This document shows, in pieces, positions 51,158 through 61,263 of a stretch of DNA of 64,000 nucleotides (the stretch's first letter is position 1; the number at the start of each line of letters is the position of its first letter). The position numbers and the translations under genes were made by a program. The stretch lies in NCBI RefSeq assembly GCF_047600905.1, contig NZ_JASGKD010000001.1, positions 3,033,949 to 3,097,948 of the forward strand, written 5' to 3'. The stretch comes from Hyphomicrobium sp. GTDB lineage: Bacteria > Pseudomonadota > Alphaproteobacteria > Rhizobiales > Hyphomicrobiaceae. The notes beneath the pieces were generated by a model that searched no databases, had not been told where the DNA came from, and was given only the letters and a program-made list of their open reading frames with translations.

Positions 51158-51721
51158 ATGGCGGTTCCTTGGATGAAGCGGTCGACGAACCGGCGCCGAA
51201 AGCCCGCAGCGCTTATCTTCGTCAGGGCTCTCTCTCAGTCGGCACGGCGCGGATACCTGGAATTCGGTGCGCTGAAGGTGCCTTGCGCACTGGGGCGCGC
51301 GGGCGTCAAAGCGCTGAAGCGCGAAGGCGACAGCGCGACGCCGCGCGGTGAATTCAAGCTCAGTTATCTGCTTTACCGGCAGGGGCGGCCACGGCCAAGG
51401 TCGGCCATTCGGCTAAAGCCGATCCGGCGAGATGATGGATGGTGCGATTGCCCGGGCGATCGCAACTACAATCGGCCCGTCAGCCTGCCTTATCCCGCCA
51501 GCGCGGAGCACCTGTGGCGACGCGATGGTCTTTACGACGTCGTGGTCGTGCTCGATTACAATATCGTTCCGCGCGTGCGCAATCGCGGCAGCGCCATCTT
51601 CATGCATATCGCGCGCAAGAATTTCGAGCCGACCGAAGGGTGCGTGGCGCTGCGCGACAATGATTTGCGCCGGCTCGTTTCACGGCTGCCGCGAAACAGC
51701 AAAATCGCCATTCGTCTCTGA
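51158..51721 (+). CDS. L,D-transpeptidase (YkuD) family protein
   Basis: CALGR.G, KREGD.ATP.G, GSAIFMH, PTEGCVAL; start chosen after AAGGGGA RBS. Confidence 0.88.
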   Translation: MAVPWMKRSTNRRRKPAALIFVRALSQSARRGYLEFGALKVPCALGRAGVKALKREGDSATPRGEFKLSYLLYRQGRPRPRSAIRLKPIRRDDGWCDCPGDRNYNRPVSLPYPASAEHLWRRDGLYDVVVVLDYNIVPRVRNRGSAIFMHIARKNFEPTEGCVALRDNDLRRLVSRLPRNSKIAIRL

Positions 51722-51850
51722 CGAAATAAAAAGGGCCCAACGCTTAAACGCGCTAGGCCCAAGTGGAGCACGTCTAGGTGGAGACGCGTGCTCGGGAGAG
51801 GATAAGAGGTCCGTGGCCCCGATTACGTTGAGGCCACGGAAAATCGAGTC

Positions 51851-53341
51851 TTAGTAGTGGTAGGCGCTCTCGCCGTGATCGGTGATGTCGAGGCCTTCGC
51901 GCTCTTTCTCTTCCGACGGGCGGAGACCGATGATGATGTCCACCAGTTTGAAGAGGATGGCCGAACCGATGCCGCTCCAGAGGAGCGTCGTGCCGACCAT
52001 CTTCGCTTGCGACGTGATCTGGGCGACCATGTCGTAGGTGCCAGCGACCATCTCGCCCGGCTTGGAGGTGTAGTCGGCGATGCCGGCTCCGCCCCATTCC
52101 GGATTGACGAGAAGACCGGTGCCGAGTGCGCCGATGATGCCGCCGACGCAGTGGACGCCGAAGACGTCGAGGCTGTCGTCGTAGCCCAGGGCGCTCTTGA
52201 TCGCCGAGCAGAAGAAGAAGCAGATCGGGCTGACGACGAGGCCAAGCACGATCGAGCCCATAACACCTGCGAAACCGCAAGCCGGCGTGATAGCGACAAG
52301 GCCGGCAACAACACCCGACGCGAGGCCGAGAGCCGACGGCTTGCCCTTCACGATCCACTCAACGATCATCCACGACAGGGCCGCAGCGCAGGTCGCGATG
52401 AAGGTGTTGATGAAGACCTGACCAGAGAACTGGTTGGCTTCGAGGCCGGAGCCGACGTTGAAGCCGAACCAGCCCACCCACAGAAGGGCAGCGCCGATCA
52501 TGCAGTTGACGAGCGAGTGCGGCGGCATCGCTTCTTTGCCATAGCCGATGCGCGGTCCGAGGATCAGCGCGCCGACGAGGCCAGCGATACCGGCGTTGAT
52601 GTGAACGACGGTGCCGCCAGCGAAGTCGAGTGCACCCCATTTGAAGCCGATGCCGGCATCAGCCATGACAGCATCGTATGCAGCCTGGGCCTGAGCCTTG
52701 GCGTCGCCGGTTGCAGCAGCGAGAGCCTTCGCAGCGCTTGCGAATGCATCGGGGCCGCCCCAGTACCACACCATGTGCGCGATCGGGAAGTAGATGAACG
52801 TGACCCACAGGGCCATGAACACCAGCATCGCCGAGAACTTCAGTCGCTCGGCAACGGCGCCGAGAATGAGGCCTGGCGTGATGCAGGCGAACGTCATCTG
52901 GAAGACGATGTACACGTACTCAGGAATGTACACGCCGTTTGAGAACGTGGCCGCAAGGGTCGTGGAGTCGACGCCCTTGAGGAACGCCTTCGAGAAGCCG
53001 CCGACGAAGTCGTTCAGCGCGCCGCCGTTGGTGAAGGCCATCGAGTAGCCGTAGAGAACCCAGATGATGCCGACGAGGCAGAGGGTTGCGAAAACCTGCA
53101 TGAACATCGACAGCATGTTCTTGGTGCGGACAAGACCGCCGTAGAACAGTGCGAGGCCCGGAACCGTCATCAGAAGGACGAGAACCGCGGCGATGTACAT
53201 AAATGCGGTGTCGGCCTTGTTCGGGACCGGCGGCGGAGGTGCAGCGGCCGCTTCCTGGGCGAACGCAGGCTCCACCAAGAGCGCAATGGCGCCGAGGGCC
53301 CCCAAGACCCCTGCGTACCGCGCTATCTTTCGAAACTCCAT
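51851..53341 (-). CDS. amtB: Ammonium transporter
   Basis: LALFYGG, FQMTFACIT, DFAGGTVVH, WVGWFGFN, YDDSLDVFGVH. Confidence 0.98.
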   Translation of the reverse strand: MEFRKIARYAGVLGALGAIALLVEPAFAQEAAAAPPPPVPNKADTAFMYIAAVLVLLMTVPGLALFYGGLVRTKNMLSMFMQVFATLCLVGIIWVLYGYSMAFTNGGALNDFVGGFSKAFLKGVDSTTLAATFSNGVYIPEYVYIVFQMTFACITPGLILGAVAERLKFSAMLVFMALWVTFIYFPIAHMVWYWGGPDAFASAAKALAAATGDAKAQAQAAYDAVMADAGIGFKWGALDFAGGTVVHINAGIAGLVGALILGPRIGYGKEAMPPHSLVNCMIGAALLWVGWFGFNVGSGLEANQFSGQVFINTFIATCAAALSWMIVEWIVKGKPSALGLASGVVAGLVAITPACGFAGVMGSIVLGLVVSPICFFFCSAIKSALGYDDSLDVFGVHCVGGIIGALGTGLLVNPEWGGAGIADYTSKPGEMVAGTYDMVAQITSQAKMVGTTLLWSGIGSAILFKLVDIIIGLRPSEEKEREGLDITDHGESAYHY

Positions 53342-53387
53342 GTTGAGTGCTCCCTGATTGACTTATGAAACAGTGAAAATTGCGAGC

Positions 53388-53852
<465 letters not shown>

Positions 53853-53910
53853 TCAACGCATTGATGGGACAATAAAAAATTTACAAGTGAACGAAATTCG
53901 TTTGGTCGTA

Positions 53911-53938
53911 GCCTACAAAATAAGCACGAAAAATGGGC
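53911..53938. promoter_or_regulatory. NtrC-like binding sites
   Basis: GCCT-N7-AAGC and GCAC-N7-GGGC with A-rich spacers, about 75-100 bp upstream of the sigma54-like element. Confidence 0.45.
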
Positions 53939-53957
53939 AATTTAATGAATTTGCTTA

Positions 53958-54854
53958 TTATTTGAGCAGGAATGCGGTTTCTCTGGGGCGCATCAGACCT
54001 TCCTGAACGGTCGAGGCGACCAGCCGGCCCTGTCGATCGAAGACGGCGCCGCGGCAGTAGGCGCGGGCTCCAAAGGCGCTGGGGCTATCCTGGACGTAGA
54101 GAAGCCAGTCGTCGGCGCGGAATGGCCGGTGAAACCACATGGCGTGGTCGAGGCTCGCCAGCTGGATGTCATGGTCGAATAGAAGCTTGCCGTGCGCCAC
54201 CAAGGCGGTGTCGAGCAGGGTAAAGTCCGAAGCATAGGCCAGCACGGCCTGGTGGATGTAGGAATTGTCATGCAACCGGCCGTTGGCCTTCAGCCAGATT
54301 GCCTGCTTGGCGGGTCTCGGCTCGCGGCTCATGTAGCGGGATGCGTCGACGATACGGACGTCGATTGGGCGTTCGCGGCGCCAGTAGTCGTGCATGCCGC
54401 CCGGAAGATCGGCCGCGGCGGCGCTGAGGAGCTCCGTGACGCTCGGCAATGCCTCGGGCGGTGGAACCTCCGGCATCGACGACTGGTGCTCATAGCCCGC
54501 CTCCGGCTTATGGAACGAGGCGCTCATGGCGAAGATCGTGTTGCCGTGTTGGACGGCGCGGACACGGCGCGTGGTGAAGCTGCCGCCGTCGCGAATGCGC
54601 TCAACCTCGTAGATGATCTCGTGCTCGGGATCGCCAGCGAGCAGGAAATAGGCGTGCAGGGAATGGATCGCGCGGGTGGCGTCGACCGTTAACGCAGCAG
54701 CAACCACGGCCTGACTGAGAACAAGTCCGCCATAAACACGTTGCCAGCCTTCTCTTGCGCGCGGACCGCGAAAGAGGTTGTCCTCGATGGGCTCCAGCGT
54801 CAGGGTCTGCAGAAGCTCGGCGAGGGCCACGTGCGACTGGGGCGGAGATGTCAT
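53958..54854 (-). CDS. tesB: Acyl-CoA thioesterase II
   Basis: VYGGLVLSQA, HSLHAYFL, RDGGSFTTR, LAYASD, SLDHAMWFH. Confidence 0.96.
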   Translation of the reverse strand: MTSPPQSHVALAELLQTLTLEPIEDNLFRGPRAREGWQRVYGGLVLSQAVVAAALTVDATRAIHSLHAYFLLAGDPEHEIIYEVERIRDGGSFTTRRVRAVQHGNTIFAMSASFHKPEAGYEHQSSMPEVPPPEALPSVTELLSAAAADLPGGMHDYWRRERPIDVRIVDASRYMSREPRPAKQAIWLKANGRLHDNSYIHQAVLAYASDFTLLDTALVAHGKLLFDHDIQLASLDHAMWFHRPFRADDWLLYVQDSPSAFGARAYCRGAVFDRQGRLVASTVQEGLMRPRETAFLLK

Positions 54855-54970
54855 GGCGGACTTTCGGGTCTATAGTCGGGTGGGTCTTCGAGACGGTGAA
54901 ATTCTGCACCTTTTAGGCTGCCGGGATGAGGCGGCAAAGTGAAACTCCGAAGGCGATGGTGGATCTAGGG

Positions 54971-56203
54971 ATGTCCAGGGTGAGTTTCGATGTCGCGATC
55001 GTCGGAGGCAGCTTCGCGGGTCTGGCGGTCGCGCGCGGGTTGGCGCAGACGTTCGGCTCCGACATCAGGATCGCGGTCATCGACCGCGCAATGCCGGCAA
55101 TGGAACACGCCGACGACGGGCGAGCGTTCGCGCTTTGGGGCGGGACGCAGAAAATTCTCGACGGACTCGGTATCTGGGACTCGGTTGCCGGCGACGCCGA
55201 GACTGTCACATCGATCGAGATAACGGATTTAAAGCTCACGGACGCGTTTCGCCCGGCGCTCGTGACGTATGATGCGCATACGGATGATGGCGCGCCCGCG
55301 GCCTATATTGTTCCGGCGGACTTACTTGCGAACGCGCTCTATCGATCGGTCGCGTCCGATCCCGCGGTGACGTGGTTTGCCCCTGCCGAGATCGAAAGCG
55401 CGCGCTGGGACGAAGCGGCCGGTGAAATCACATTGAATGACGGAACGATCATCGCCGCAGCACTGACGATCGCCGCCGATGGACGGCAGTCCAAGCTCAG
55501 GGAGAAAGCCGGAATCAAGACGATCGGCTGGCCCTATCCGCAGACCGGCATCGTTGCGCGCGTCAAGTTCGAACTGCCGCACGGCGGCGTCGCCATCCAG
55601 CATTTTCTCCCGGGTGGCCCGTTCGCTATCCTGCCGCTCAAAGGAAACCGCGCCTGCATCACGTGGAGTGCCGACAAGAAAGAAGCGGCGCGCGTCATCG
55701 GGCTCGATGATGAGAGCTTCCTGCAAGAACTCGACCAGCGGATCGGCGGGCGGTTCGGCGCGATCTCGCTCGATGGACCGCGGCGGTCGTGGCCGCTCGA
55801 TCTGCGGCTGCCGCGACGGCTGATCTCGCCGAGATTCGCGCTTGTCGGCGACGCAGCGCACGGCGTGCACCCGATCGCGGGACAGGGCGTCAACCTGGCG
55901 CTGCGTGATGCGGCGGCGCTGATCGAAATTCTCGCCGATGCCGGACGGATCGGGCTCGACTTTGGCAACGGCACGCATCTGGAAAAATATCAGCGCTGGC
56001 GGCGGTTCGATTCGACGATGTCGGCGTCGCTGTATGACGGACTTAATCGCGCGTTCGCAATCGACAGTATGGTTCTGCGCGCCGGACGTGGCGCGGCGCT
56101 GGGCGTGCTCGATCGAATCCCGAGCCTGAAAAATCTGATCATCGCGGAAGCGGCGGGCATTACCGGAGACTTGCCGAAGCTTGCGCGCGGCGTCACCGTC
56201 TAA
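54971..56203 (+). CDS. UbiH/UbiF/VisC-family FAD-dependent hydroxylase
   Basis: VGGSFAG, AADGRQS, QHFLPGGPFAILP, GDAAH.VHPIAGQG.NL. Confidence 0.92.
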   Translation: MSRVSFDVAIVGGSFAGLAVARGLAQTFGSDIRIAVIDRAMPAMEHADDGRAFALWGGTQKILDGLGIWDSVAGDAETVTSIEITDLKLTDAFRPALVTYDAHTDDGAPAAYIVPADLLANALYRSVASDPAVTWFAPAEIESARWDEAAGEITLNDGTIIAAALTIAADGRQSKLREKAGIKTIGWPYPQTGIVARVKFELPHGGVAIQHFLPGGPFAILPLKGNRACITWSADKKEAARVIGLDDESFLQELDQRIGGRFGAISLDGPRRSWPLDLRLPRRLISPRFALVGDAAHGVHPIAGQGVNLALRDAAALIEILADAGRIGLDFGNGTHLEKYQRWRRFDSTMSASLYDGLNRAFAIDSMVLRAGRGAALGVLDRIPSLKNLIIAEAAGITGDLPKLARGVTV

Positions 56204-56787
56204 GGGGTGGCTTCGCCATCATCTTCAGGACCATCGCCATCGTCGTCCTCGGTCAGCGTCGGGCGGTTGATGATGACGAACCCGGCGTCGAGATCGACGC
56301 TCGGCACCCAGCGATCTTCAAACGGGATGAATTCGGTCTCGCCTTCGAGAGGCTTCAACTCAAGGAGATCGCCGGCGCCGAAATTCTGGACGGCGATGAT
56401 CTTGCCGAGAACGCTTCCATCGGGAGCGATGGCGCGAAGGCCGATGAGGTCGGCGTGGTAGAATTCCTTTTCGCTCGTTGCGGGGAGCTTAGCGCGATCA
56501 ATATAGAGCTTGGTTCCCCGTAACCGCTCGGCGGCGGTACGATCAGGAATACCATCGATGCGTGCGACAATGCCTTTGTCCGTCACCCGCACAACGCGGA
56601 GCGAAAAGCTTTTGCTGCCGTTCAAATCGGTCAACGGTCCATAGGCGGCGATGGCGTCCGGCGTTTCGGTGAAGCTGCGTATCAGCACGTCGCCGCGGAT
56701 GCCGTGCGCGCTACCGATTTCACCGACGAGAATGCGATGCGGCTTTTCAGCGGAAGACTTTTCAGAGGTCGGGCGGGATGAGGACAT
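56200..56787 (-). CDS. rimM: Ribosome maturation factor RimM
   Basis: IGSAHGIRG, EFYHADLIG, NFGAGDLLE. Confidence 0.96.
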   Translation of the reverse strand: MSSSRPTSEKSSAEKPHRILVGEIGSAHGIRGDVLIRSFTETPDAIAAYGPLTDLNGSKSFSLRVVRVTDKGIVARIDGIPDRTAAERLRGTKLYIDRAKLPATSEKEFYHADLIGLRAIAPDGSVLGKIIAVQNFGAGDLLELKPLEGETEFIPFEDRWVPSVDLDAGFVIINRPTLTEDDDGDGPEDDGEATP

Positions 56788-56811
56788 GAAGCCCTTGATG
56801 GCGTGCGTTGC

Positions 56812-57186
56812 TCAGGACGGCAAGGGGCCGAGATAGGTTATCTCGATGTCGATCTTGCGGGTGCCGACGAAGACCGTGGCGTTCTGCGACTTCGCCGAGG
56901 GGTCGATTTCACCTGCGACCGGAACCCGAATGCTCGATCGAGGCCATGGATCATGCCGCGCCGAAAGCCGCTTGAGCGGAATTTCGTACGTTGCACGCAG
57001 CGCGAAGCGACGATCGATGCGCTTGGGCTGCAATAATAGTTTTCCGGTGCAAACGCGACCTTTGGGGTCGGCACCGAACAGACGGCCACCACGGCAGACC
57101 AAAATGAATCGGCTGGTCGCCGCCGCCTGCCGGTTGGGCGCCCTAATGATTTCGAAAAAACCGTCAACCAAGGCTGGTTGCTCCAA
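56812..57186 (-). CDS. Hypothetical protein, possibly GrlR/lipocalin-like beta-barrel
   Basis: 124-aa ORF in operon orientation between rpsP terminator and rimM; DGFFEII..GGRLFGAD...IEITYLGPLP; TTG start without clear RBS. Confidence 0.5.
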   Translation of the reverse strand: MEQPALVDGFFEIIRAPNRQAAATSRFILVCRGGRLFGADPKGRVCTGKLLLQPKRIDRRFALRATYEIPLKRLSARHDPWPRSSIRVPVAGEIDPSAKSQNATVFVGTRKIDIEITYLGPLPS

Positions 57187-57262
57187 ATTCGAACTTTAAG
57201 AACCAATTTACTATCTAAAGTCGAATACGGTCCAAAACTCGGGCCAGTGCGATGTGCAACAA

Positions 57263-57294
57263 AAAAGCCTTCCGGGACGAGCCGGAAGGCTTTT
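57263..57294 (-). terminator. Rho-independent terminator after rpsP
   Basis: AAAAGCCTTCCGG-N6-CCGGAAGGCTTTT with a T-run on the minus strand. Confidence 0.85.
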
Positions 57295-57318
57295 GATTTT
57301 GCAACGATGGAAGCGCTT

Positions 57319-57690
57319 TTAGGCCTGTTCGCCCTGAGCGCCTTCGGCGGCCTTGGCAGCCTTTTCGGCAGCGGCGGCGGCGCGCTCCTGGGCCTTCTTC
57401 TTCGGCTTTGCCTTCTCAGGATTGTTGCGGGCATCACGCTTGGCGAAGCCGTTGGCATCGAGCAGGCGAAGGACGCGATCGGTCGGCTGCGCACCGACGC
57501 CGAGCCAATGCTTGACGCGATCTTCGACGAGCTTCACGCGGTTCGGGTCGTCTTTCTTGAGCATCGGATCGAAGGTGCCGATCTGCTCGATGTAGCGGCC
57601 ATCGCGCGGGCTCGTGCCGTGGGCGACGACGACGTAATAGTAAGGACGCTTCTTCGCGCCACCGCGCGACAGACGAATTTTTACCGACAT
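57319..57690 (-). CDS. rpsP: 30S ribosomal protein S16
   Basis: [36 protein letters not shown]. Confidence 0.99.
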   Translation of the reverse strand: MSVKIRLSRGGAKKRPYYYVVVAHGTSPRDGRYIEQIGTFDPMLKKDDPNRVKLVEDRVKHWLGVGAQPTDRVLRLLDANGFAKRDARNNPEKAKPKKKAQERAAAAAEKAAKAAEGAQGEQA

Positions 57691-57733
57691 GCTTTTCTTC
57701 TCCTGTTCAAATCGAATGTGTTCGTGATCGGGG

Positions 57734-59332
57734 TTATCTTTTCTTTCCGGGGATCCCGGGGAATTTCGGCATTCCGCCTCCCAAACCTGGAAAACCTTTG
57801 GGAAGTCCGCCGCCGAGGCCGGGAAGGCCGCGGCCCAATCCAGGTGGCAGGCCTGGCATTCCACCGCCTGAGCCGGGCGACGGCGCCATGCCCTTGGCGA
57901 GCTGCTCTTTCAGATCGTCGGGCAACTGTTCCAGCGCTTTCGGATCGAGTTTCGCGAGTTCGGCCTGCATCGATTGCAGTTCGGCTTCGGATGGACCGGC
58001 GCCCGTGCGACCGAGGAACTTGTTCAGCATGCCGCCGTTGCGGCCCATGGTCTTCATCATGTCCGCCATCTGGCGGTGCATTTTGATGAGCTTGTTGATG
58101 TCTTCCGGCTTGGTGCCCGAACCCGCTGCGATACGCCGCTTTCTCTTGGCGTCGAGAATCTTCGGGTTGCGCCGTTCCTTCGGCGTCATCGATGAGATGA
58201 TGGCGCGCTGATGGACGAGGCTCTTGTCGAGGCCGGCTTCGTTGATCTGGCCTTTGATCTTGGCGACGCCCGGCAGCATACCGAGCACGCCGCCCATGCC
58301 GCCAAGTTTCTGCATTTGCGCCAGCTGATCGGACAAGTCTTCGAGGTCGAACGACCCCTTCTTCATCTTCTCGGCGATCTTCGTCGCCTTTTCGACGTCG
58401 ATCGTTTGAGCCGCCTTCTCGACGAGCGAGACGACGTCGCCCATGCCGAGGATGCGCGAGGCGATGCGACCGGGATGGAAATCTTCCAGCGCGTCCCACT
58501 TTTCGCCGACGCCGATGAGCTTGATCGGCTTGCCGGTGACGGCGCGCATCGACAGCGCGGCGCCGCCGCGGCCATCGCCGTCGGCGCGCGTCAGCACGAT
58601 ACCGGTGATGCCGATATGGCCATCGAAGGCTTTGGCTGTGTTGACGGCGTCCTGGCCGGTTAAGGCGTCGGCGACGAGAAGAACTTCGTGCGGATGGATC
58701 GCGGTTTTGACGTCGCGAGCTTCATCCATCAATTCTTCGTCGACGGTAACGCGACCGGCGGTGTCGTAGATGATGACGTCATAGCCGCCGAGCTTGGCGG
58801 CATCTTCGGCACGGCGCGCGATCTGCAGCGGCGTCTGCCCGGCGATGATCGGCAGCGTCGTGACGCCCGTCTGCTCGCCCAAGACGCGGAGCTGTTCCTG
58901 TGCTGCGGGGCGGCGGGTGTCGAGGGACGCCATTAAAACTTTTTTGCGATCGCGGTTCGTCAGGCGATAGGCGATCTTGGCGGTCGTCGTGGTTTTTCCC
59001 GAGCCCTGAAGGCCGACCATCAGGATGCCGACGGGCGGAGCGGCGTGCAGATCGATCGGCTGTGCGTCGGAGCCGAGCATCGCAACAAGTTCGTCGTTGA
59101 CGATCTTGACGACCATCTGGCCGGGCGTGACCGAGCGCAGCACTTCGGCGCCGACGGCCTTGGCTTTGACCTTCTCGGTGAAGTCCTTGACGACATCGAG
59201 CGCAACGTCGGCTTCGAGCAGGGCGCGGCGGACCTCGCGCATCGCCTCGACGACGTCGCTCTCGGTCAGAGCGCCGCGGCGGGTGAGCTTATCGAGGACG
59301 CCCGAGAGGCGTTCTGTGAGCGATTGAAACAT
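57734..59332 (-). CDS. ffh: Signal recognition particle protein
   Basis: [40 protein letters not shown]; Gly/Pro/Met-rich tail. Confidence 0.99.
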   Translation of the reverse strand: MFQSLTERLSGVLDKLTRRGALTESDVVEAMREVRRALLEADVALDVVKDFTEKVKAKAVGAEVLRSVTPGQMVVKIVNDELVAMLGSDAQPIDLHAAPPVGILMVGLQGSGKTTTTAKIAYRLTNRDRKKVLMASLDTRRPAAQEQLRVLGEQTGVTTLPIIAGQTPLQIARRAEDAAKLGGYDVIIYDTAGRVTVDEELMDEARDVKTAIHPHEVLLVADALTGQDAVNTAKAFDGHIGITGIVLTRADGDGRGGAALSMRAVTGKPIKLIGVGEKWDALEDFHPGRIASRILGMGDVVSLVEKAAQTIDVEKATKIAEKMKKGSFDLEDLSDQLAQMQKLGGMGGVLGMLPGVAKIKGQINEAGLDKSLVHQRAIISSMTPKERRNPKILDAKRKRRIAAGSGTKPEDINKLIKMHRQMADMMKTMGRNGGMLNKFLGRTGAGPSEAELQSMQAELAKLDPKALEQLPDDLKEQLAKGMAPSPGSGGGMPGLPPGLGRGLPGLGGGLPKGFPGLGGGMPKFPGIPGKKR

Positions 59333-59474
59333 ATTATACGCTCGCGGCGAGGTCGCTTCGCTCCCCGCCTCCGCGGGGGCGGCGCAACGCGCCGGCGGCC
59401 CTTGGCCGCTCGCCTCGCTGCGCTCGTCGAAGTGACGTCGTCGCCGTCCTCCTTAAAAGATCATCTTTCGTTAC

Positions 59475-59555
59475 GTCACCCCGGCGCAGGCCGGGGCCCA
59501 GTCAAAACTGCGTCGGGTTGGATTTGTCTGGATCCCGGCTCATCGCCCTGATGAC
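59475..59555. repeat. REP-like repeat (same family as 1081-1107)
   Basis: GTCACCCCGGCGCAGGCCGGGGCCCAG ... CTGGATCCCGGCTCATCGCCCTGATGAC. Confidence 0.7.
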
Positions 59556-59584
59556 GAAGAGATGGGATCGGCAGCGCAAAGCAC

Positions 59585-59645
59585 AAACGCACCCGGGAGC
59601 GCAACGCGCTGCCGGATGTTGACCCCCCTGCCTCCCGGACACTTT
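59585..59645 (-). ncRNA. Probable alphaproteobacterial ffh leader RNA
   Basis: Minus strand AAAGTGTCCGGGAGG...GCGCTCCCGGGTGCGTTT upstream of ffh; family assignment from memory, needs an Rfam search. Confidence 0.5.
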
Positions 59646-59705
59646 CGCGAAAAAGGCCATGTGCAGGGCGGCGGCTCTGAGGTTCAGGGCCGTCGGAATG
59701 GCGTG

Positions 59706-59734
59706 GGTATGAGGGAAACGGGGGGCGAAGTCAA
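59706..59734 (-). promoter_or_regulatory. Sigma70-like promoter for ffh leader/ffh
   Basis: Minus strand TTGACT-N17-CATACC. Confidence 0.55.
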
Positions 59735-59822
59735 TGTTGCTAATCCCCAGCGAATTGGGGCTCGCCGGGGCAAATGCCCTCAAATTTGCTGAGCGAGTCG
59801 GTTTGGATGGGTGCCGTCAGGG

Positions 59823-59838
59823 TGATTCACGTGAATTC
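59823..59838. promoter_or_regulatory. parS-like site
   Basis: TGATTCACGTGAATTC, core TTCACGTGAA, intergenic. Confidence 0.55.
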
Positions 59839-59940
59839 TTAGCTTTAATAGAACAATATGAGAAATAAACGTGTACAATAAAGAAACATCGGCTTAGCTT
59901 TGGCCGATTGTTGGAGCCATTGTCGAGAAGGATGCTCGCG

Positions 59941-61236
59941 TTGACGGACACCATCATTGCTTGCCCGAAGTGCAAACACGAATTCCCTCTGACGGAGTCG
60001 TTGGCGGCGCCATTGATCGCGCAGACCAAGCAGCAATTTGAAGCCGAGGCGGCTCAGAAAAATCGCGAGATCGCGGCCAAAGAAGCAGCGATCCGGGAGC
60101 AAGCGAAAGCCTTGGAGACTGCGCGTACCGAGGTCGAGGCGACGGTCGCGGAGAAATTGGGGGTCGAGCGCAAACGCATTGCCGGAGAAGAGGCGGCGAA
60201 GGCGAAGCAGCTTTTGGCCGGAGACCTTGAAGAGAAAAACAAGGCGCTGACCGAGCTGCAGAGTGTTTTGAAGGCGCGCGATGAAAAGCTCGCCGAAGCG
60301 CAGAAGGCGCAGGCGGATTTCGAGAAAAAAGCGCGCGAACTCGACGACGCCAAGCGCGAGATGGAATTGAATGTCCAGAAGGGGATCAATGCAGGTCTCG
60401 AGAGCGAGCGCGCGAAAGCGAAGCTCGAAGCGGAAGAGGCGTTCGGGCTTCGTGTGAAGGAAAGAGAAGAGCAGATCGCTTCGATGGCGAAGCAGATCGA
60501 GGACTTGAAGCGCAAGGCGGAGCAGGGCTCGCAGCAGTTACAGGGCGAAGTTCTGGAGTTGGAGTTCGAGAGCCTGCTGCGTGCGAAATTCCCGTTCGAC
60601 AGTATCGAGCCAGTGCCAAAGGGCGAATTCGGCGGCGACCTGGTCCAGCGCGTGGCGGGTTTGTCGGGCGCGCCGTGCGGCACGATTTTGTGGGAGACGA
60701 AGCGTACGAAGGGCTGGGCAAAGGATTGGATTCCGAAGCTGCGCGAAGATCAGAGGCGTGCCAAGGCTGATGTATCGATCATCGTTTCGACTACGCTACC
60801 GAAAGACGTGCAGACTTTCGATCTGGTCGATGGCGTCTGGGTGACAGATTTTCGCTGTGCCGTTCCGGTTGCCTTGGCGCTGCGCCAGTTTCTCGTCGAT
60901 GTCTCGGCCGCGCGCATCGCCGGTGAAGGCCAGCAAAGCAAGATGGAACTTGTCTATGAGTATCTGACGGGGCCGCATTTCCGCCGGCGCGTCGGGGCCA
61001 TCGTCGAGAAGTTCACGGAGATGCGTTCCGATCTTGAGAAAGAGCGCAAGGCGATGCAGAAGCTTTGGGCGAAGCGGGAAGCACAGATTACCGTCGTGCT
61101 TGATGCGACTGCGGGGATGATGGGCGACCTGCAAGGCATCGCCGGCAGAGAGCTGAAAGAGATCGAAGGCTTCGAGTTTCCGGGTCTTGAAGACAAGCGC
61201 GAGGATGATGACGACGAGCCGATTGCGGCTGAGTAA
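59941..61236 (+). CDS. DUF2130 family protein (N-terminal CxxC, long coiled coil, putative PD-(D/E)xK-like domain)
   Basis: TIIACPKCK, LTESLAAPL, GSQQLQGEVLE, GDLVQ...WETK, W..KLREDQR; TTG start after GAAGGA. Confidence 0.85.
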   Translation: MTDTIIACPKCKHEFPLTESLAAPLIAQTKQQFEAEAAQKNREIAAKEAAIREQAKALETARTEVEATVAEKLGVERKRIAGEEAAKAKQLLAGDLEEKNKALTELQSVLKARDEKLAEAQKAQADFEKKARELDDAKREMELNVQKGINAGLESERAKAKLEAEEAFGLRVKEREEQIASMAKQIEDLKRKAEQGSQQLQGEVLELEFESLLRAKFPFDSIEPVPKGEFGGDLVQRVAGLSGAPCGTILWETKRTKGWAKDWIPKLREDQRRAKADVSIIVSTTLPKDVQTFDLVDGVWVTDFRCAVPVALALRQFLVDVSAARIAGEGQQSKMELVYEYLTGPHFRRRVGAIVEKFTEMRSDLEKERKAMQKLWAKREAQITVVLDATAGMMGDLQGIAGRELKEIEGFEFPGLEDKREDDDDEPIAAE

Positions 61237-61263
61237 GGTGAGCAGGAGGCGGAAGGCTCGCCG

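Noticed and set aside
59562-59792. Small ORFs (76-93 aa) in the ffh upstream region
   Set aside because: No RBS or motif; they overlap the promoter and structured leader
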